The translations under genes and the position numbers were made by a program. Below the pieces are notes generated by a model that saw only the letters and a program-made list of their open reading frames with translations, was not told the DNA's origin and ran no database searches. From Takakia lepidozioides (Eukaryota; Plantae; Bryophyta), in contig CM060732.1 of NCBI GenBank assembly GCA_030704615.1, positions 44,516,001 to 44,580,000 of the forward strand: 64,000 nucleotides of DNA, given 5' to 3'. The first letter of the stretch is position 1; every line of letters begins with the position of its first letter. This document shows positions 61,128 to 64,000 of this stretch, piece by piece.

Positions 61128-64000
61128 AAGAAGCTGCAGACATGCAGAGTAATGAAGGGACTTTGGCTGAAGTAATATATCAGTCCAAAGCGGAGATTAC
61201 CATTGGACAGCTATTGGCTGTGGCACCTTATTGTAGACACAGGGCTGTATCAAGCAATCAATCGAATTGCCCATGTGACAGGGAACACAGACTTGAACAG
61301 CAAGGTGACCAGTTATAATGTGAAGCCGGAAGGGCGAAAAACAGTCATGGACTTTGATGATTCTATGCTAGTAATCCAATTGAGAATTGGAAACACAGAA
61401 CTAACTGATGTACTGATAGATGGAGGCTCTGGAGTGAATATCATGACAGACCAATTAAAGCAGAAGCTTGGTCTAAGTAACATGAAGCCAGCCCCATTTA
61501 TAGTAACAATGGCAGATCAAAGAAGTGTACAGCCACTGGGATTGATAAGAGGAGTTAAGATACAGATTAAAAGATGATCTTTATAATCACAGTAACTGTG
61601 TTAAAAATGGATGAAGTCATGGAAGCTTCCTTATTGTGGGACGTCCATGGCTGAAACAGGCCAGGGTATTCCATGACTGGAATTCCCAGTTACTAACTGT
61701 GCATGATGAGATGCACAAGATACAAATTACCACTAAGAAATCTAGTAGATTACCTGCTACGAGAAGACCTCGAGGGGTCAGAGAGTATGACTGGGGGGGA
61801 GGACTTGATGAGGAGCAGGAAGCTACCCTGTTCGCTGCACACCCAGAGTGGGAGCAGGTTGCAGAGATGCAACTGGAAGGCCTAAGTTGTTTAAAAGGTA
61901 TCTGCTGTGGTGTAGTGACAGCAACACCAATTGAAGGTGAAACAAGTAGTTACCCACCACATTTCTATGAAGAAAGAGAAGGAGAAATGGAAATCCTAGA
62001 GGAACCAGCCACTGTGAGTTTACAGGATGAAGTGGTGACTGGTTGGACAATCACAGCTGATGAGCAGGTGAGAGAAGTGAATATGGGAACTGAAGAGGAA
62101 CCGAGGATGGTGAAGGTAGGGGCTGATTTGGAGCCAGAATTCTTTGAGGAAGCTAAAAGTTTATTCATCAAATACAGAGATATGTATTTGCTTGGAGCTA
62201 CGAGGATCTAAAAGGGATACCACCTGAGATCTGTCAGCATAAGATTGAACTGGAACCAGGGTCAGTACCAATCAAACAGGCAAGGTACAGAATGAATCCC
62301 AACTATGCACAGAAGGTTGGAGAAGAGATCAAGAAGTTGAATGAGGCTAAGTTTATATACCCAATAGAGTATACAACTTGGTTGTCAATCCATTGTAATA
62401 GTTCCCAAGAAGAATGGTAAACTGAGAGTTTGTGTGAACTATAAGAGGTTGAATGCTTGCACGAAGAAAGATCATTTTCCCTTGCCATTCACAGAAGCGG
62501 TACTGGACACTGTGGCAGGCCATGAGATGTACTCATTCATGGATGGCTTCAGTGGTTATAATCAAGTGCAAGTGGCAGAAGAAGACCAGGGAAATACAGC
62601 TTTCATCACAGACTGGGGTACTTATGCATACAAAGTCATGCCTTTTGGACTTTGTAATGCACCAGCAACCTTTCAGAGAGTGATAAGTGAATCTTTTCAT
62701 GAGTATCTGGATGATTTCATGCAGGTGTTCTTAGATGATTTCAGTGTACAGCTCTAAGAATGAGCCACTTGCATAAATTGGAGTTATGTTTGGCCAGATG
62801 CAGGATGAGAGGTCTGGGCCTGAATCCAGAGAAGTGTACTTTCTGTGTGAACTCAGGGGTGCTTTTGGGACACATGTGTGTAAGAGGGGACTCCTGTGGA
62901 TCCCAGGAAGACAGAGGCCATTAAAGCCTCTCCACCACCAGTAAATGTTAGAGTCTAAGAAGATTCCTTGGACAAACCAGTTATTACAGAAGATTTGTCA
63001 AAAGGTATGCACAGATAGCAGCTCCATTGAGCAAGCTTCTGAAGAAAGATTGCAGTATTTGCATGGACAGCTGAATGTCAACAGGCTTTGAGGAACTTAC
63101 ATTGTCAGTAACAACTAAACCTATGCTGATTAACCCTCACCTGGCATGTAGTATTTCATGTTCACTGTGATGCCTCAGGAGAAGCGTTGGGAGCGGGGTT
63201 AGCCCAAAATGTTACAGGAAATATACTATGCTAGCAGGTTGATGAACAGTGCTGAAATGAACTATAGCACAACTGAAAGAGAAGCACTGGCAATGATTTA
63301 TGCAGTCAAGAAATTCAGGGCATTACCTATTGGGAAGAAAGAAAGTTTATGTTTATGTGGATCACCAGGCTCTGATATATCTGGTGAACAAACCTTTGAT
63401 AAGTGGAAGGATAGCAAGTGGTTAATAATCTTGCACGAGTTTGAGTTCGAAGTTGTTTACAAGCCTGGCCGTTTGCATTGTGGCAGATCATTTGTCACGC
63501 CTAACAACAGGAGAGTCCGCCACAGAAGTAGACGACCAATTACCTGATGCGAGTTTATTTGCAATGGAGGTGCAGGGAAGTGCAGATGAATGGTTAAATT
63601 GGCAGTGGCCAATCAGATACTACCTTACTCATGGTCAGTGCCCACCTAGTTATGGTAAGGAGCAGAGGAAAGAGAATCGCTATCAAGGCTTTACCTTATA
63701 CTATGGTAAGGGGCAATAAAGTATAAGCTAGGACCTGATGGAGTACTAAACGATGCTTGTACCACCATGAAGTAAATAAAGTTTTGGAGGAAGTTCATAA
63801 AGGAGTGGCTGGAGTCATTTGGAGAAGAGACTACCAGTAGGAAGATACTACTTGCAGGTTACGGGTGGCCTACTTTGTTCAAAGATGTACACAAGTATTG
63901 TCAGAGTTGTGATGAAGGTCAGAGGCTAGGACCTTTGCAAAGATCTGGGAAGATGGCTTTGCATCCTACGAGCCTACTGAAACCATTTCAGAAATGGGGA
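61128..64000 (+). pseudogene. pol: pol of the second Gypsy element (PR, RT, RH, start of integrase)
   Basis: VLIDGGSGVNIM; KKDHFPLPF, MDGFSGYNQ, MPFGLCNAPATFQR, FLDDF; YYASRL..YSTTEREALA; H..AG..WPTLFKDVHKYCQSC. Confidence 0.92.

Larger units (their letters stand above)
45440..64000 (+). mobile_element. Second Ty3/Gypsy element (non-chromovirus, Phygy/Athila-like), interrupted at 49028 by element copy 2; runs off the window
   Basis: Extra 5' ORF, gag, PR, RT, RH and the integrase zinc finger occur in order; the reading continues across the AAGA TSD. Confidence 0.85.

Overview
Eukaryotic nuclear DNA from a non-seed land plant, probably a bryophyte (inferred from gene content, introns and TE types). 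A central block (about 23-40 kb) holds three host genes: a group C TEY MAP kinase, an EMB2759-like gene, and glycerate kinase GLYK with a LINE in a GC-AG intron. Nests of transposable elements flank it on both sides. The main discovery is a Ty3/Gypsy family present as a near-complete copy (49029-61127, -), a rearranged copy (3394-14669, +) and a lone terminus (45342-45439). Its polyprotein reads Gag-PR-DNMT3-like C5 methyltransferase-RT-RNaseH-DDE integrase-PHD finger. It has a self-complementary primer site with a compensatory change instead of a tRNA primer site. Its termini are permuted or split (B-body-A-nn-B-A) with 4-bp target duplications, as if a DDE integrase inserted a 2-LTR circle cut at an internal CA-nn-TG site. 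A second, unrelated system is a family of intron-containing genes resembling prokaryotic ParB plus beta-class amino-methyltransferase fusions. Two decayed copies are present, one broken by a 446-bp inversion. Also present: a CACTA element carrying mitochondrial nad5 DNA, a probable NUMT, a tRNA-type SINE and a second, non-chromovirus Gypsy element. All domain calls come from recognising motifs by eye; no searches were run.
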